From positions 70,928,001-70,992,000 of the forward strand of contig OX597825.1 in NCBI GenBank assembly GCA_951406725.2: DNA of 64,000 nt. Direction: 5' to 3'. Below the pieces are notes generated by a model. The model was not told where the DNA came from. It did not search any database and was given only the letters and a program-made list of their open reading frames with translations. This document shows, piece after piece, positions 14,961 to 27,835 of the stretch; the stretch's first letter is position 1, and each line of letters starts with the position of its first letter. Origin of the DNA: Octopus vulgaris (taxonomy: Eukaryota). A program made the position numbers and the translations under genes.

Positions 14961-15711
14961 AATCTGTAACCGGATGAACTTTACAAAGTGGCACTCTGAG
15001 AGTTTTAAGTGGAGTTCACTCGTAACAAACTTTTGGACCAGATTTACAGACATAGGTGCAGGCGGGGCTGTGTAAGAAGCTTGCTTCCCAACCACATGGT
15101 CCCAGGTTCAGTCCCATTGTGTGACGCCTTGAGTAAGTGTCTCCTACTACAGCCTCGGGCCGACCAAAGCTTTGTGAATGGATTTGGTTAAACGGAAACC
15201 GAATGAAGCCCATCGTAAGTGTTTTATGTATGTGTTTGCCCACCCCCCCACTCATCGCAGGACAACCGGTGTTGACGTGTTTACGTCCTTATAACTTAAC
15301 GGTTCGGCAAAAGACACCAATAGAAAAAGTACCAGGCTTTTAAAAAAAGTGCTGGGGTCGATTCGCTCGACTAAAAATTCTTCAAGGTGGTGCCCCAGCA
15401 TGGCCACAATTTAACGACTGAAACAAGTAAATGATTTTAAAAAAATTTCCTTCCTTCCTTCCTTCCGTCCGTCTTCCCACCTTCCTTTCCATCAGTCTTA
15501 GAGGCCTTGTAAAGGGTCATGAGCACTACTTTATTCCACTTATACAAGAAACAAAATGTATTGTGCAGGCGTAGGTGTTGGTTAATAGTACTAAGGGACA
15601 TAACTCGTAATCTAAATTTGGTTAATAAGGAGTTATTTCCTTTAGATAGAAGAGCAGAAGTGAATTTGAATTCCTTGAACGCCTGTCAGCTATATCGCCC
15701 ATCATTCTGCA

Positions 15712-15765
<54 letters not shown>

Positions 15766-15804
15766 CATATTCTTACGTTTTATTTTTCCAATTCCTTATT
15801 GGAA

Positions 15805-16355
15805 AAAACGTTAGCACGCCGGGCAAAATGCGTAGCCGTATTTCGTCTGCCGTTATGTTCTGAGTTCAAATTCCGCCGAGGTCGACTTTGCCTTTCATCC
15901 TTTCGGAGTCGATAAATTAAGCACCAGTTACACACTGGGGCTGATATAATCGACTTAATCCGTCTGTCTGTCCTTGTTCGTCCCCTCTGTGTTTAGCCCC
16001 TTGTGGGTAGTAAAGAAATAAGTATTTCGTCTGCTGCTACGTTCTGTGTTCAAATTCCGCCGAGGTTGACTTTGCCTTTCATCCTTTCGGGGTCGATTAA
16101 ATAAGTACCAGTTACACACTGAGGATCGATATAATCGACTTAATCCGTTTGTCTGTCCTTGTTTGTCCCCACTGTGTGTAGCCCCTTGTGAGCAGTAAAG
16201 AAATAGATATTTCGCCCGGTTTTACGTTCTGCGTTCAAATTCCGCCGAGGTCGACTTTGCCTTTCATCCTTTCGGGGTCGATGAATTAAGTACCAGTCTA
16301 ATCGACCGGCCCCTCCCCCTAAATTTTGGCCCTTGTGCCTAGAGTAGAAAAGAAT
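15805..16355 (+). mobile_element. Trimeric Meta-domain-like SINE; shorter relatives at 58633-59010 and 62088-62317
   Basis: Same three-unit structure and tail CCTAGAGTAGAAAAGAAT. Confidence 0.8.
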
Positions 16356-17480
16356 ATACAATATACATACATATACATTCGTATATATACTCACATACGT
16401 TTATCCATCAGGTATACCGGGATCAACAGGTCTGTGGTTCGTGCATCAAACCTATAGCCACATGGGTGCTTCTATATGGTCATTCGACTTGCTAGAAATA
16501 ACAGCGAAATCTCCGTTGATTCACACTCCAAGGTGTCTAAAAAATCGAAGGACACATTAGATAACGTAGTCCTAGATATACTATGCCTGGAAAGTAATGG
16601 AGGAAAAAAAGATAGCCATGAGTGTAATGTATTCATCATAGGTTTCTTTCAAGGCTGACTCAGGGCTAAACACTAACAACAATCTGCCTCTACGTGGTCT
16701 TTCGACTTGCTAGAAATAACTGCCAAATCTTTCTCAAAGCACACTTCACAATCTTAAAACAATGTCGCATTGAATACTATTATTCAGGATTCCCTATATA
16801 TAATATCATATGTACAGGATGGTCACGGTTAGAATGTTTTTGTCATAAGTCTGCTACATCAGGGTTTACGTGGGGCTAACAACAACAGCAATTACTAATT
16901 ATCTCAATTTTTTTGTTTGTTTTTAAAGATAGGATAAACCAAGGGAGGCTACTCTACTTATTCCAACATTTATAAATTGACGTTCTGTTAATTTTTCAAC
17001 AGTTTTTACTTGAGATAATTAAGAAAATGAGAGATTCGAGAAAATATAGAGGGTTGGTATCTCAATTGCAGCAACGCTGAGTATTATCTATGCTTAATCT
17101 GTAAATTGCGAAATTAAATATGGTTATTCCAGTAATGATATTAAATGTCTACCAAAAAATAGAACTGGTGTTGTCTGCAAGCCACGTCACTTCAATAAAC
17201 TTGACATATACTCTTTTACTCTTTTACTTGTTTCAGTCATGTGACTGTGGCCATGCTTGAGCACCGCCTTTAGTCGAGCAAATCGACTTCAGGACTTATT
17301 CTTTGTAAGCCTAGTACTTATTCTATCGGTCTCTTCGGCCGAACCGCTAAGATACGGGGACGTAAACACGCCATCATCGGTTGTCAAGCGATGTTGGGGG
17401 GACAAACACAAACACACAAACATATACACACACATACATACATACATATATATAAAACTGAAAGAAGCCCGTCGTATATA

Positions 17481-17518
<38 letters not shown>

Positions 17519-18224
17519 CATATATACGACGGGCTTATTTCAGTTTCCGTCTACCAAATCCACTCACAAGGCTTTGGTCGACCCGAGGCTCTAGTAGAAG
17601 ACACTTGCTCAAGGTGCTACGCAGTGGGACTGAACCCGGAACCATGTGGTTGGTAAGCAAGCTACTTATCACACAGCCACTCCTACGCCTCAACAAAACA
17701 TTAGTTTCAAATTTGGCTCCTAACAAAAGATAAATCAATATATAAAAGTAATTCCCGCAGTTTAATAGTAATGAAATTTTGAGTGGATGTATCTAATTTC
17801 CGGAGAAAAGGGGTTAAGATACTTAAAGAGCTAGAATGCAACAATATAAACAGAAAAGTTTAACTGAAAAAGGGATTTTTGAAAAAGTATTACGAAGGGT
17901 ACTGTGGAAAGAAGTCATTACAGTAGTGACAGGAAAGAGTTTAGAAGTAAGAGACAGACGGCTTGATTGTGGCTACACAGAATCAAACAAGATATATCAG
18001 AAGATAAGCAGGGCTGGATTTATATATGGGTCATGGCTCATGGACCTCAAGCTAGGTGCAGAGGAGGAGTATGGGGCTGAGAGGCTCTTTGACTCAGAGA
18101 AGCCCAAAGCTTGAAGTAAAAAAATGTTTGAATATGTAGTGAACGACCGTACGTAAAGGAGATGGTGACAGAAATGTCTCCTTTTAAAACGCCGCACGGT
18201 CGCCCTTACAAAGAGGAAGCCAAA

Positions 18225-19592
18225 TGTATGGCATAAAAGAATAAGAGTGGCACAATGAATAAGGAAGACGACACAACCGTTTACTGTTTGAAAGAAGAAG
18301 ACTTTATTTACAGATGTGTACTAGCAGAGTGGGATCTTTTCGGTTTGACCGGCAGTTTTTTTAAATAATTTCCACTTAACTAAACACTTTTAAACTTCGT
18401 ATACTGGTAGAATGTGTTTATAAAACATCTTTTTCTCTTGGCTTTATTGAGAAAATTTTATAGTTTGTAAGATATTTGTTGTTTTTTTCTTCAATTTCTG
18501 CAATTTTAACCAATCAATGACGTCTATTGAGGTGAAAACACTCTGTGCCGTATGAATATTTCCTCGTTTAAGAAACAGATTGGGTTTATTTACATTTCTG
18601 AAGAAAAAAAGATACCCTTCCCCCCACCCCTAACCCTAAGTAACCCTAACCCTAAAACAGATTGAAATGCAATAGATCGATACTAGGGTCATAATTATGG
18701 GTGACAATTTCATATGACATCGCTAGAAAAAACTGCCGTTCAAACCGAAAAGATCCGCAGAGTGTGTCTGAGTGCGTGCACATATGTGTGTCTGTGTGTC
18801 CGTGAGTGGCAGAGTGTTTGTCTATGAGTGCGACAAGTGTGTGTGTTCTGTGTACGTGCGTGCGTTACAAGTGTGAGATAATGCAGAGCAAAAAAACTCT
18901 ATAATCAGGACGCCAGATGTATGTTCAGACACAAAAATGGAGATAATTGCCAGTTCACAATAGCAGTTAGTTCTGTATCAAGGAGTTGGTGGCAAAGAGG
19001 AGAGCGGTTACTACACGTGTAGAAGTTGTGGCTTCAATCCATTGCCAGGTTTCTTTGGTACAGAAAGTTCTCGCAAGTAGACTGAAGCTGTTCACTTTGG
19101 TGTGTGTATACAACAGCGTGTAAAGTTAAACCTGAGCGAGTTGCTGTGTACGTATTGTTGAAGTCGACGGTGGTGATGGTGACGGTAGAGAAAGGCGACG
19201 TTGAGATGAAGGTGACGGTGGTGGAAAACGTCCTGACATGCTGCATGTTGGTGTCGTCGCGGTTAAGTCGCTGGAACTGGCTGTTTGGTTTGTCGCTAGC
19301 TGCTGTATGATCAATGGTCAGAGACCAAAGACAAAATATAGTGAATTGCTGACACCTTTTAAAGCTAAAGGTGGGCTCCAGTGAAAACCCAAGAGACTGT
19401 GTCATGGGGCCCTAGCCGTAGGCCGTGATTGGTTGGTTTACACACTAGCGCGAAATAGAACTGCATCAAAACCAGCCAATCAGGGCAGTGGACATAACCG
19501 GTCCCAAGCAGCCGTAGGATGGCTGCTATCTAACACGACATCATTTCTATGATTTCTCTCAAACAATGAGGGTATCACCGAGCTACGCTACA
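18225..19592 (-). mobile_element. Probable LTR, interrupted by MITE 18332-18756
   Basis: Minus strand TGTAGCG...ATACA ends, paired CCAAT boxes, TTTAAAAGG TATA-like box, AATAAA near the 3' end, followed by TTTGG (PBS-like). No TSD seen. Confidence 0.5.
18332..18756. mobile_element. Merlin-like MITE family 1, copy 1, with internal CCCTAA repeats
   Basis: ~28-bp TIR GGATCTTTTCGGTTTGAnCGGCAGTTTTT; perfect 8-bp TSD GCAGAGTG. Confidence 0.9.
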
Positions 19593-20727
19593 AATATATT
19601 TATAGCTATCAAATAAATAACGTGCATTAAGAAAACTTCTTTAATCCAATAGAATTCATTCAAAATTGTCGGGCTGGTTTTATGTGTATTGATTAATTGG
19701 TATGAAGTTTAGCTGTACGTTGTCCCATAATAAAATCAAATCAACTCCAACTTTATTGAAATAATATTTATTTTTACATGAGTTATATCACAATATTTGC
19801 ATAATTACTTTGCTCTAGGTGTCGGGAAGACATTATGAAGGAAAGGGAGACGAAATTGAAAGAACAAGTAGAGCAACAGCAGCAACAACAACAACAATAA
19901 TAACAATCCTTTCTACTAGAAGCACAAGGCCTCAAATTTGGGGGAAGGGACTAAGTCGATTACATCGACTCCACTGCTTAACTGGTACATATCGATTCCA
20001 ATGGTAACCATGGAATGTGAAGGTGACTGTAGGAAATTTAGTAGCAGTAATAAATAGTTTCTCCTTATCTAATACAAGCCAAAGTTAACAAATTCACCAT
20101 TCAAAATAGTTTCAAAGGCAGAGGCAATAATAAAAAGTTCTACTCAGGAATTTTTTAATGAATAGCATAAGACCTTTTGGTTTTCTCTTCTCTTAAATTC
20201 CGACCTTCCTTTAGTATTCCTGTTGTTTTAGATCGATGCATAGATATATGTATATATATAAGTATACTGTAAACTGTTAATATATATGCATAATGTAGGA
20301 TATATTCTTTTATTCTTTTACTTGTTTCAGTCATTTGACTGCGGCCATGCTGGAGCACCGCCTTTAGTCGAGCAAATAGACCCCGGGACTTATTCTTTGT
20401 AAGCTCAGTACTTATTCTATCGGTCTCTTTTTGCCGAACCGCTATTATAAAAATATGTTAGGGTTATTTAATTTCTGAACGGTTTTGCTACCGTTTGTTT
20501 ATGTAGTTTGATTTCTTTAGAGATGGGAGCAAAATTGATAATAGAGAAACTAAAATAAAACTTTGGAAAGAGCCTAAAGGGAGATAATTGAGAAAGACTT
20601 GAAAGTCAACGTAAGATCGTAATCATGTAAAGAAAAGTAAATATAACAAATAATCCGGAATCCTTGTCCGGTACCGGATCGATCGCATCCAATGGGTACT
20701 TACTGTTGAGCTATATCATGTAGATAT

Positions 20728-20769
<42 letters not shown>

Positions 20770-22157
20770 AATAATAATTATAATTATAATAATAATAATA
20801 ACAAATGCACTGAATCTGTACCAGGTAGTGACTCTCTAGGCTTTTGATCTTACCTGATTGGAAGTGCTATCATGTACATTGTTTTATCTTGGTATGAAAT
20901 ATGGGCTACAGCAAATATTCTGCTCAGTACAACGGATTTGCTTGTCAGTTGCTTGATCTTAACCAGTTGAGCATGTCTCTTAGTGGTTGACGATATGTGC
21001 ATCTCCAGCCACGAGCAGAAACAGTGGGGGAACATTATAGCCATGTGTTGAGAAGAATTCTTTGGGATTTGGATAATCCACCTTTGGAAACATGGCTATT
21101 TCGTTTACCATCCTTAAACAACCCTTATTCAGGGATCTATTGAGGGGGATGGGCAACACAGCGTGAAGAAAATTCTAACTGGGCCATACCTGAAAGGTCA
21201 TGTGCTGTTTAACTTGATATGAGATCACTATGTCACGCACATATGGTTGTGATTCATATGCCTGGTGTACTCTTATCAGACGGGTAGTCATGATGAGTAT
21301 ACTGGGTTTCGTATATTTTAACCCAGTGTCACTTTGATGGCATGCACTGCTCTCACACTCAACAACAACAATAATAGCTAAATTTTAGATATAATGATGA
21401 TGATGATGATGATGATGATGATGGCGGTGGTGGTGGTGGTGGTGGTGGTGATGGTGATGATGATCCTTTTCTACAACTGACACAAAGCCTGAAATTTTCG
21501 GGACGGTGGGGTTAGTTGATAACATCGACCCCAGTACTTGACTGCTCTTTCTTTTTATTGATCCCGAAAGGATGAAAGGCAAAGCCAAACAGTTCGATTA
21601 AACTACATTTAGGCGGTACCTCAGTGTGGCTGCAGTCTAATGATTGAAACAAGTAAAATTTACGAGATAAAACACACACACACACACAGATAATTTAAAC
21701 GAAAATGAGCTAAGAGAAAATAACTAGAAATGGCCAGTGGAATGTATTTTAACAATAAGGGCGAATAATGATATATTAAATACCATACATGCTTAATTTA
21801 TTTAAATTGTCCCCGCTTTCAAAGATAATAGAACAATAGCATTGAGGCAGTTAAGATTGACACCAAATGAGGAGGGGAGATAATCTCAAGAATCAAGAAT
21901 TCGCCAAACTGACATTCGGGTAAAAAAAAAATGAAGAAAAGATAGAAACACGTGTTCAGATAAAAAGACGACAGTGGACGCTTGTTTCTATCTCAATAGA
22001 CGTCTCTAGTAGATGGGATACTTAGACATACAAAACAGAGTGGAACACATTTATGGCCTTTGAAATATATATACATGCATGCATGCGTACATACATACCT
22101 GCATACATACTTATGTATGTATCTATATGTGTATACATGCATACATACACACACACA

Positions 22158-22350
22158 CGAGGGGTTGCTGTAAAGTTCCTAACTTTAAGGGTGTCACAAA
22201 AGGCCTGGTTGGAGGCCGAACCTTCCCAGTTCTTTTACGGGACTTAGAAAATCCGAAGGACTGCTGGAATATGTTGAATAAGATCATAATTTACTGATTC
22301 TCCTGTATTTTCTCTTAGCCAAAGCCAGGAACTTTTCAGCACACCCTCCG
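22158..22350. mobile_element. Mariner-type MITE
   Basis: Imperfect TIRs CGAGGGGTTGCTGTAAAGTTCC / GGAACTTTTCAGCACACCCTCCG. Confidence 0.65.
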
Positions 22351-22878
22351 TTGTACACACACACACACGAGGTATACCAAAAAATTTGACACCATTTGAG
22401 AGGTCCATTTCGGAGTGACTACATGGTCGAGAGAAATGAAACTTAATAGGCTTAATTTGGAATATAACAAGTTTTATTCTACAGATTTCCAACGAAAAAC
22501 TCTGTGAGATGATAATTTTATAATGTTTCAAAGTTATCACGGTTCTTTGAGATGGCGCAGAACACCCTCACTTTTGGTGAGTCCCTTTCGCGTTTAATTG
22601 TGTCATGTGGATGAAAATACCGCTAAGCATTTGGCCCGGTGAGCTAACGATTCTGCCATCTCGTCCCTTTCCTTCTGCTAGAAATATCATCCAATTTGCG
22701 ATGGAGTTTTGAATTAGTAGTCCGTTATCATCTCACGAGGGGAAAAAGAAGCGGTGGAAGGAGGGGTTAGATGTTTTACTTCACTTTTTAGTACTACTGT
22801 GTTTCAAATAACGAAAGATACAAGACTGTGGGGGAAAAAAAAAAAAAAAGCCCCCTACTTTCGTAACCTTTTCTTTTC

Positions 22879-22995
22879 GGCGGAGGTAAAGAATATGCAC
22901 ATCCACTGGTTTTCGGTATAACCCTAACCCTAACTCTAACTCTAAACCATAATCCTAACCCTAAACACCGGGTGTAAGTATTATTTACCTTCGCC
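22879..22995. mobile_element. GG..CC TIR MITE family 2 with (CCCTAA)-like core
   Basis: TIR GGCGGAGGTAAAGAATA / TATTATTTACCTTCGCC; perfect TSD TTCTTTTC. Confidence 0.8.
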
Positions 22996-23100
22996 TTCTT
23001 TTCTTATAAGGGCTTCTGATCCGAAACTGTACCCACATTTTTCTCCAATCACGACTATACCGACTAGGTCGTCTTAGCATTATAGAACCTTGGGAAAATT

Positions 23101-23521
23101 GGTAAATTTTCAGAGTAACACCTGCACGATTTTTCACTAAGAAAAAAAAAAAAAACTCAGATTTTTTTGCGTGGAATCAAGCACCCTGGCCTCCTAATAT
23201 GCTGCAAATCCCTTATTTTGGTTCGGAAAGGTGGGGGCGAAGTGGGGAGAGCCTCCCCTCCGTCCCGAATTCATTGGAATTTTTTTTTTCGTTGAATGAA
23301 TTCCTGTAACATCCTGATATGCCACAAAACCCTTTTTGGGGTTCAAAAAACAGAGTGGGGTGAGGTGGAAGCCTCGGAAATTCCACTCACCCCACCTCCA
23401 TTGACCTTTTCAGGATTAGGGTTTTAGGGTTAGCGTTAGGGCTAGGTTTAGGGTTTTAGGATTAGGGATTTATGGTTAGGGTTAGGGAAATCTGTCCCGG
23501 ATTCATTAGAAAAAAATTACC
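23101..23521. mobile_element. GG..CC TIR MITE family 3 with a degenerate (TTAGGG)n tract at ~23413-23487
   Basis: Short TIR GGTAAATTTT / AAAATTACC; TSD GGAAAATT/GGAAAATC. Confidence 0.65.
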
Positions 23522-24203
23522 GGAAAATCAATGCACTGGACCTGGCAGACCACAGCTTTCATAGTTCTGAATTAGTCTCATAAACCGGGAGGCCCTGGGG
23601 CAACTGTCCAAGGTACCCATGCCTTAAGACGACACTACCTCCCCGATTATATCGCCTGAAAAGGAAAAACAAAGAAAAACAGAATGATCATAAACCAAGC
23701 TATTTCAAGTTCAAACTATAAATAAACAATCTCGCCCTTCCTATTTCTTATTAATTATACTTCCTGCTATAGGTACAAAACCTGAAATCAACTAGTAGTT
23801 TTATTTTATCAACCCCAAAAGGATGACAAGTAAAATCGACCCTTGAGGAATTTGAACTCCGAACGTAATACTGCTAAGCATATTTTTCCAGTGTGCTAAC
23901 GATTCTGCCAGCTTCCGCCTTCCATCTGGTATCGATAATGAGCTGGAAAAAAAAAAATCTGTCAGAGTTATCTGTCCTTGCCCAAAAATTCTAATGGCGC
24001 TGACTTAGCTGCAGAATTTTTCTGTCTTCCCAGCAATATTTCTTATGTTTTCCGTGTCTTTCTACCACTGTCACATTCGATGATATATCTATTTGTAAGG
24101 ATGATTTGTTTATTCGATGATATTTATACTGGAATCCTACGCTGCTTTTAGCTATTGTCTCTTTATCTTTGTTCTGTTGTTTCCTTTAATCAGAGATGTT
24201 AAG

Positions 24204-24342
24204 ATGGGCACTCAAGTGATGGGTGATCAGCACTCGATGATGGACGAGAAAAGAAGTGTGTTTCAGAATCGACAGCCTATTCCTGAGCCTTCTCCTGTTA
24301 ATTATTATGCAGCTTCACAACCACCTTCGCCTCGCCAGACAG
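24204..24342 (+). CDS. SLC25A46: SLC25A46 coding exon 1 (MGTQVMGDQ...SPRQT)
   Basis: ATG in AAGATGG context; donor AG|GTGAGT, phase 1, compatible with the next exon. An acceptor (tttaatcag, 24191-24193) lies just upstream, so a 5' UTR exon may precede it. Confidence 0.75.
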
Positions 24343-24578
24343 GTGAGTGCTTTGCATTCATTCATTCATTCACTTTATGTAACGAAAACAACCAAGTCAT
24401 TTTGACATCCGCCTTTTAATATATACACATATATATATATATATAATTTCAGCAAAACAATTTAGATTCAAAAGAATATGGTACTTAACTTAGATGCACC
24501 AGAATGTTTTATGGTATTAAGAAAAAAGCAACAAGAATGGATCAGTAGTTTAGTACATTCTTGTTGCTTTTTTTCTTG

Positions 24579-24611
<33 letters not shown>

Positions 24612-24652
24612 GTATTGGAAGGTTTGGAGATGATGTACAGGTATTATATATA

Positions 24653-24801
24653 TATTAGAAGAAATGAGGTACTCAGAAAATCGGATGGTTTTATATTTAC
24701 AGATATTTATTGTTATATGATATATAAAAAACATAATATACAAATAAATATCTGTAAATATAAAACCATCCGAATTTCTGAGTACCTCATTTCTTCTAAT
24801 A
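24653..24801. repeat. Near-perfect ~58-bp-arm inverted repeat in SLC25A46 intron 1
   Basis: TATTAGAAGAAATGAGGTACTCAGAAAATCGGATGG... and its reverse complement. Confidence 0.9.
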
Positions 24802-27261
24802 CATACATACACACACATATATATATGATTACTAACGTGAATAGATAATGAAGGGAATAAAGTCATGGAAAAGAAAAGCGAGAAGACATCGTAGTATTTC
24901 ATTTAAATATTAGAAATAATAGTTAAATTACTTTGACATATATAATTTTGAGTTGTCCATTAACTGACGTTACACGATTATAACGGTTAGTTAAATTAAA
25001 AGGCAACATATATGCATTCCACACACACACACACACATATACACATACGTTTATATTTACCTATATACACATACATTCTATATGCACATACGCACACACA
25101 TACACATATAGACACGTATATACACTTAGAAAGGCATTACACATGTGTGTACAAAAAAAATCCATTTTATTCAGTGTCCAAAAATAATGAAATTTTAAAC
25201 AAACAACTCCACCTCGAACATTAATAAATCATTTCGGGACTTTCTATTTCCTGTGAATTCGAATAGATTAACGAATGGTTGTAATTTGCGAGGAAGTTAA
25301 TTAGCAAAGCTTCTCTGGTCAGCCAAGTTCAAGTTTGTTTTCATTTCGAATAATGTCTATTTCACTATGCTTCATTTACGCCTAACGAGAAAGGCATGAA
25401 TGTTATACAACCTCATTTCCCCCGAATTCCTTACCAATCTATAATAAAAAAATCCCCTACTGCTTGTTGTGTCAGAAAATCCAATGAATTGAGATCTTCC
25501 TTTAAGATAACGTGCTTAAACATAAAAAAAAAAAATGAAAAAGCAATGAGGTGACCTTGTCTTGTACTGATCTTCCAGTTTATATGTTATTCGTTTGTTT
25601 TGTGTGTGATTTATTTTGTTGTCTATTTTCATTGTTTTTGTTGTCTGACTGGTTGTTTTCCTGTATAATTTTAAACGTTTAGATATTTCCGTTCGATGTT
25701 TATGCTTGAAGCAATTCTAAATTTCATTAAAAAAAGAGAAAAACGAACTATTTTTAAATAGGCAATATCTTATGTAAATCGTGAAAAATATATATAATTA
25801 TAAAGAAGGTGGTGGTTGTTTAGCCCTCGGTCATCAGCTTCTGATCAACCAGATCTGTGGTAAAAATAATTCTTGTCGTGCCCATCCCACGAGTATCTAG
25901 TAATATGGGATATGTTTGCCCACGCTCCTCCGTCCCTTTTACAAAACGTTAGGGTGTGGTTTGAGGTAAATTTGGCTGCTATTTCTAACATGTCGATCGA
26001 CCACTGGTAAGCATCATTGCCTCCGAAATGGCCTGATGTCGATATTGCTATCATTTAACCCCAGGCAAAACCCTGATTGAGCAGACCTATGATCTATGCA
26101 AATTCCAGTCACGACTATCTCGTCGTTTTGTTTACCTGGGATTACGCGACCTAATGCATCGTATCGCTCTTGTAGTGTTTTGATTAAAGAGAGACTTTAC
26201 CGTTATATGCAGCGGGTTGAGCAACCACCAGTAGTATTCCTTGTTGCGATCGTATACATCATTGTTAAAAATAATCTAGCCAGCCATCTTACAGTTCTTA
26301 AATGTATTCCAACTTCTAAACGATTGATTCTTTCAAATACAGGAATATTTGAACTATATTATTAGCTTCCACGCCCCCCACCTATATGACACGAATGCAA
26401 CAAGTAGCCCAAGAAGTGCTTAATTATCGACTGCTGCTTTAATTAGCAGTTTAATTATGTAATGAATTAAGATTAAAATGGAACTGCAACATATATATAA
26501 GAGCAACAGGTATTTTAAAATACTATAAGACTTAAAATACTATAAGGCAATCACACGTAAGGTGCAATCTTTGGGAAGAACATCTTTGAAAACTGTTATC
26601 GGTATTATACGTTTGTCGTATCTTCTACCTTAACGTTAGTTATCTGTTATTTTTATCTTTCTGCCTACCTTACTCTTTTACTTGTTTCAGTCATTTGACT
26701 GTGGCCATGCTGGAGCACTGCTTTTAGTCGAGCAAATCGAACCCAGGACTTATTCTTTGTAAGCCTGGTACTTATTCTATCGGTCTATTTTGCCGAACCG
26801 CTAAGTTACGGGGACGTAAACACACCAGCATCGGTTGTCAAACACAGACACACAAACATACAAACACACAAACATACAAACACACACACATATATATACA
26901 TAGACATATATACGACGGGCTTCTTTCAGTTTCCATCTGCCAAATCCACTCACAAGGCTTTGGTCGGCCCGAGGCTATAGTAGAAGACACTTGCAGTGGG
27001 ACTGAACCCAGAACCATGGTGGTTGGTAAGCAAGCTACTTACCACACAGCCAATCCTACACCTAGTTATTTGTTATTTTTATCTTTCTGTCTACCTTGAG
27101 AGTTTTTTATTAATTTTATCGTTAAATCAAGAAGTTAGCAATCTTAACAGTGAAACTAATTTGAAGATATAATTTATCTCTAATATTATTAATGCACTTT
27201 GACTACATTGATATAACTTCATGAGGTGTTAATATGTTATATTACATTCGCTGCTCACCAA

Positions 27262-27545
27262 GCTATGGCTCAGTGGTTAGAGCACTGGGTTACAATCGTG
27301 AGGTAGTGCATTCAATTCCTGGATCGGGCTGTGTGTTGTGTTCTTGAGCAAGGCACTTTATTTCACGTTGCTCCATTTCACTCAGCTGTAGAAATGAGTT
27401 GCGATGTCACTGGTGCCAAACTGTATCATCCTTTGCCTTTCCCTTGGACAACATTGGTGGTGTGGAGAGGGGAGGCCGGTATGCATGGGCAACTGCTGGT
27501 CTTCCACAAATAACCTTGTCTAGACTTATACCTCAGAGGGGAACT
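27262..27545 (+). mobile_element. Second tRNA-headed SINE family; copies at 1-222, 39650-39950(-), 57142-57475(-)
   Basis: TGGCTCAGTGG A box; body TTGTGTTCTTGAGCAAGGCACTT...CTCAGCTGTAGAAATGAG shared among copies. Confidence 0.8.
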
Positions 27546-27835
27546 TTTTATATATGAAGACCAAGAAGAAATCTTGTGAAACAGGGTTTATTTTAATGAG
27601 CTACCTCTTGAAATCACCTGAAGAGATATATCTACACCGAGGGATACACCTAAACTAGATGTTCAGTATCCCACGTGCATGGGATTGGTGCTAGATTGGG
27701 TCAAAACAATTGAAGTGATCAATAAAGGTTCTTGTATCTTGCATCTTCTGTCTCTCATTAATCAAATACACACACACACACATACATATATGGCCGCAGT
27801 CTAATGACTGAAACAAGCAAAAGATAAATGATATA

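Noticed and set aside
14358-16355. Regularly spaced repeats resembling a CRISPR array
   Set aside because: Units are ~190-bp SINE modules with repeated, not unique, spacers; eukaryotic context with no cas genes.
19034-19405. 123-aa minus-strand T/S-rich ORF
   Set aside because: No recognisable domain; lies within the putative LTR.
22921-23487. Opposed telomeric tracts as a chromosome fusion scar
   Set aside because: Each tract is short and sits inside its own TIR element with a TSD.
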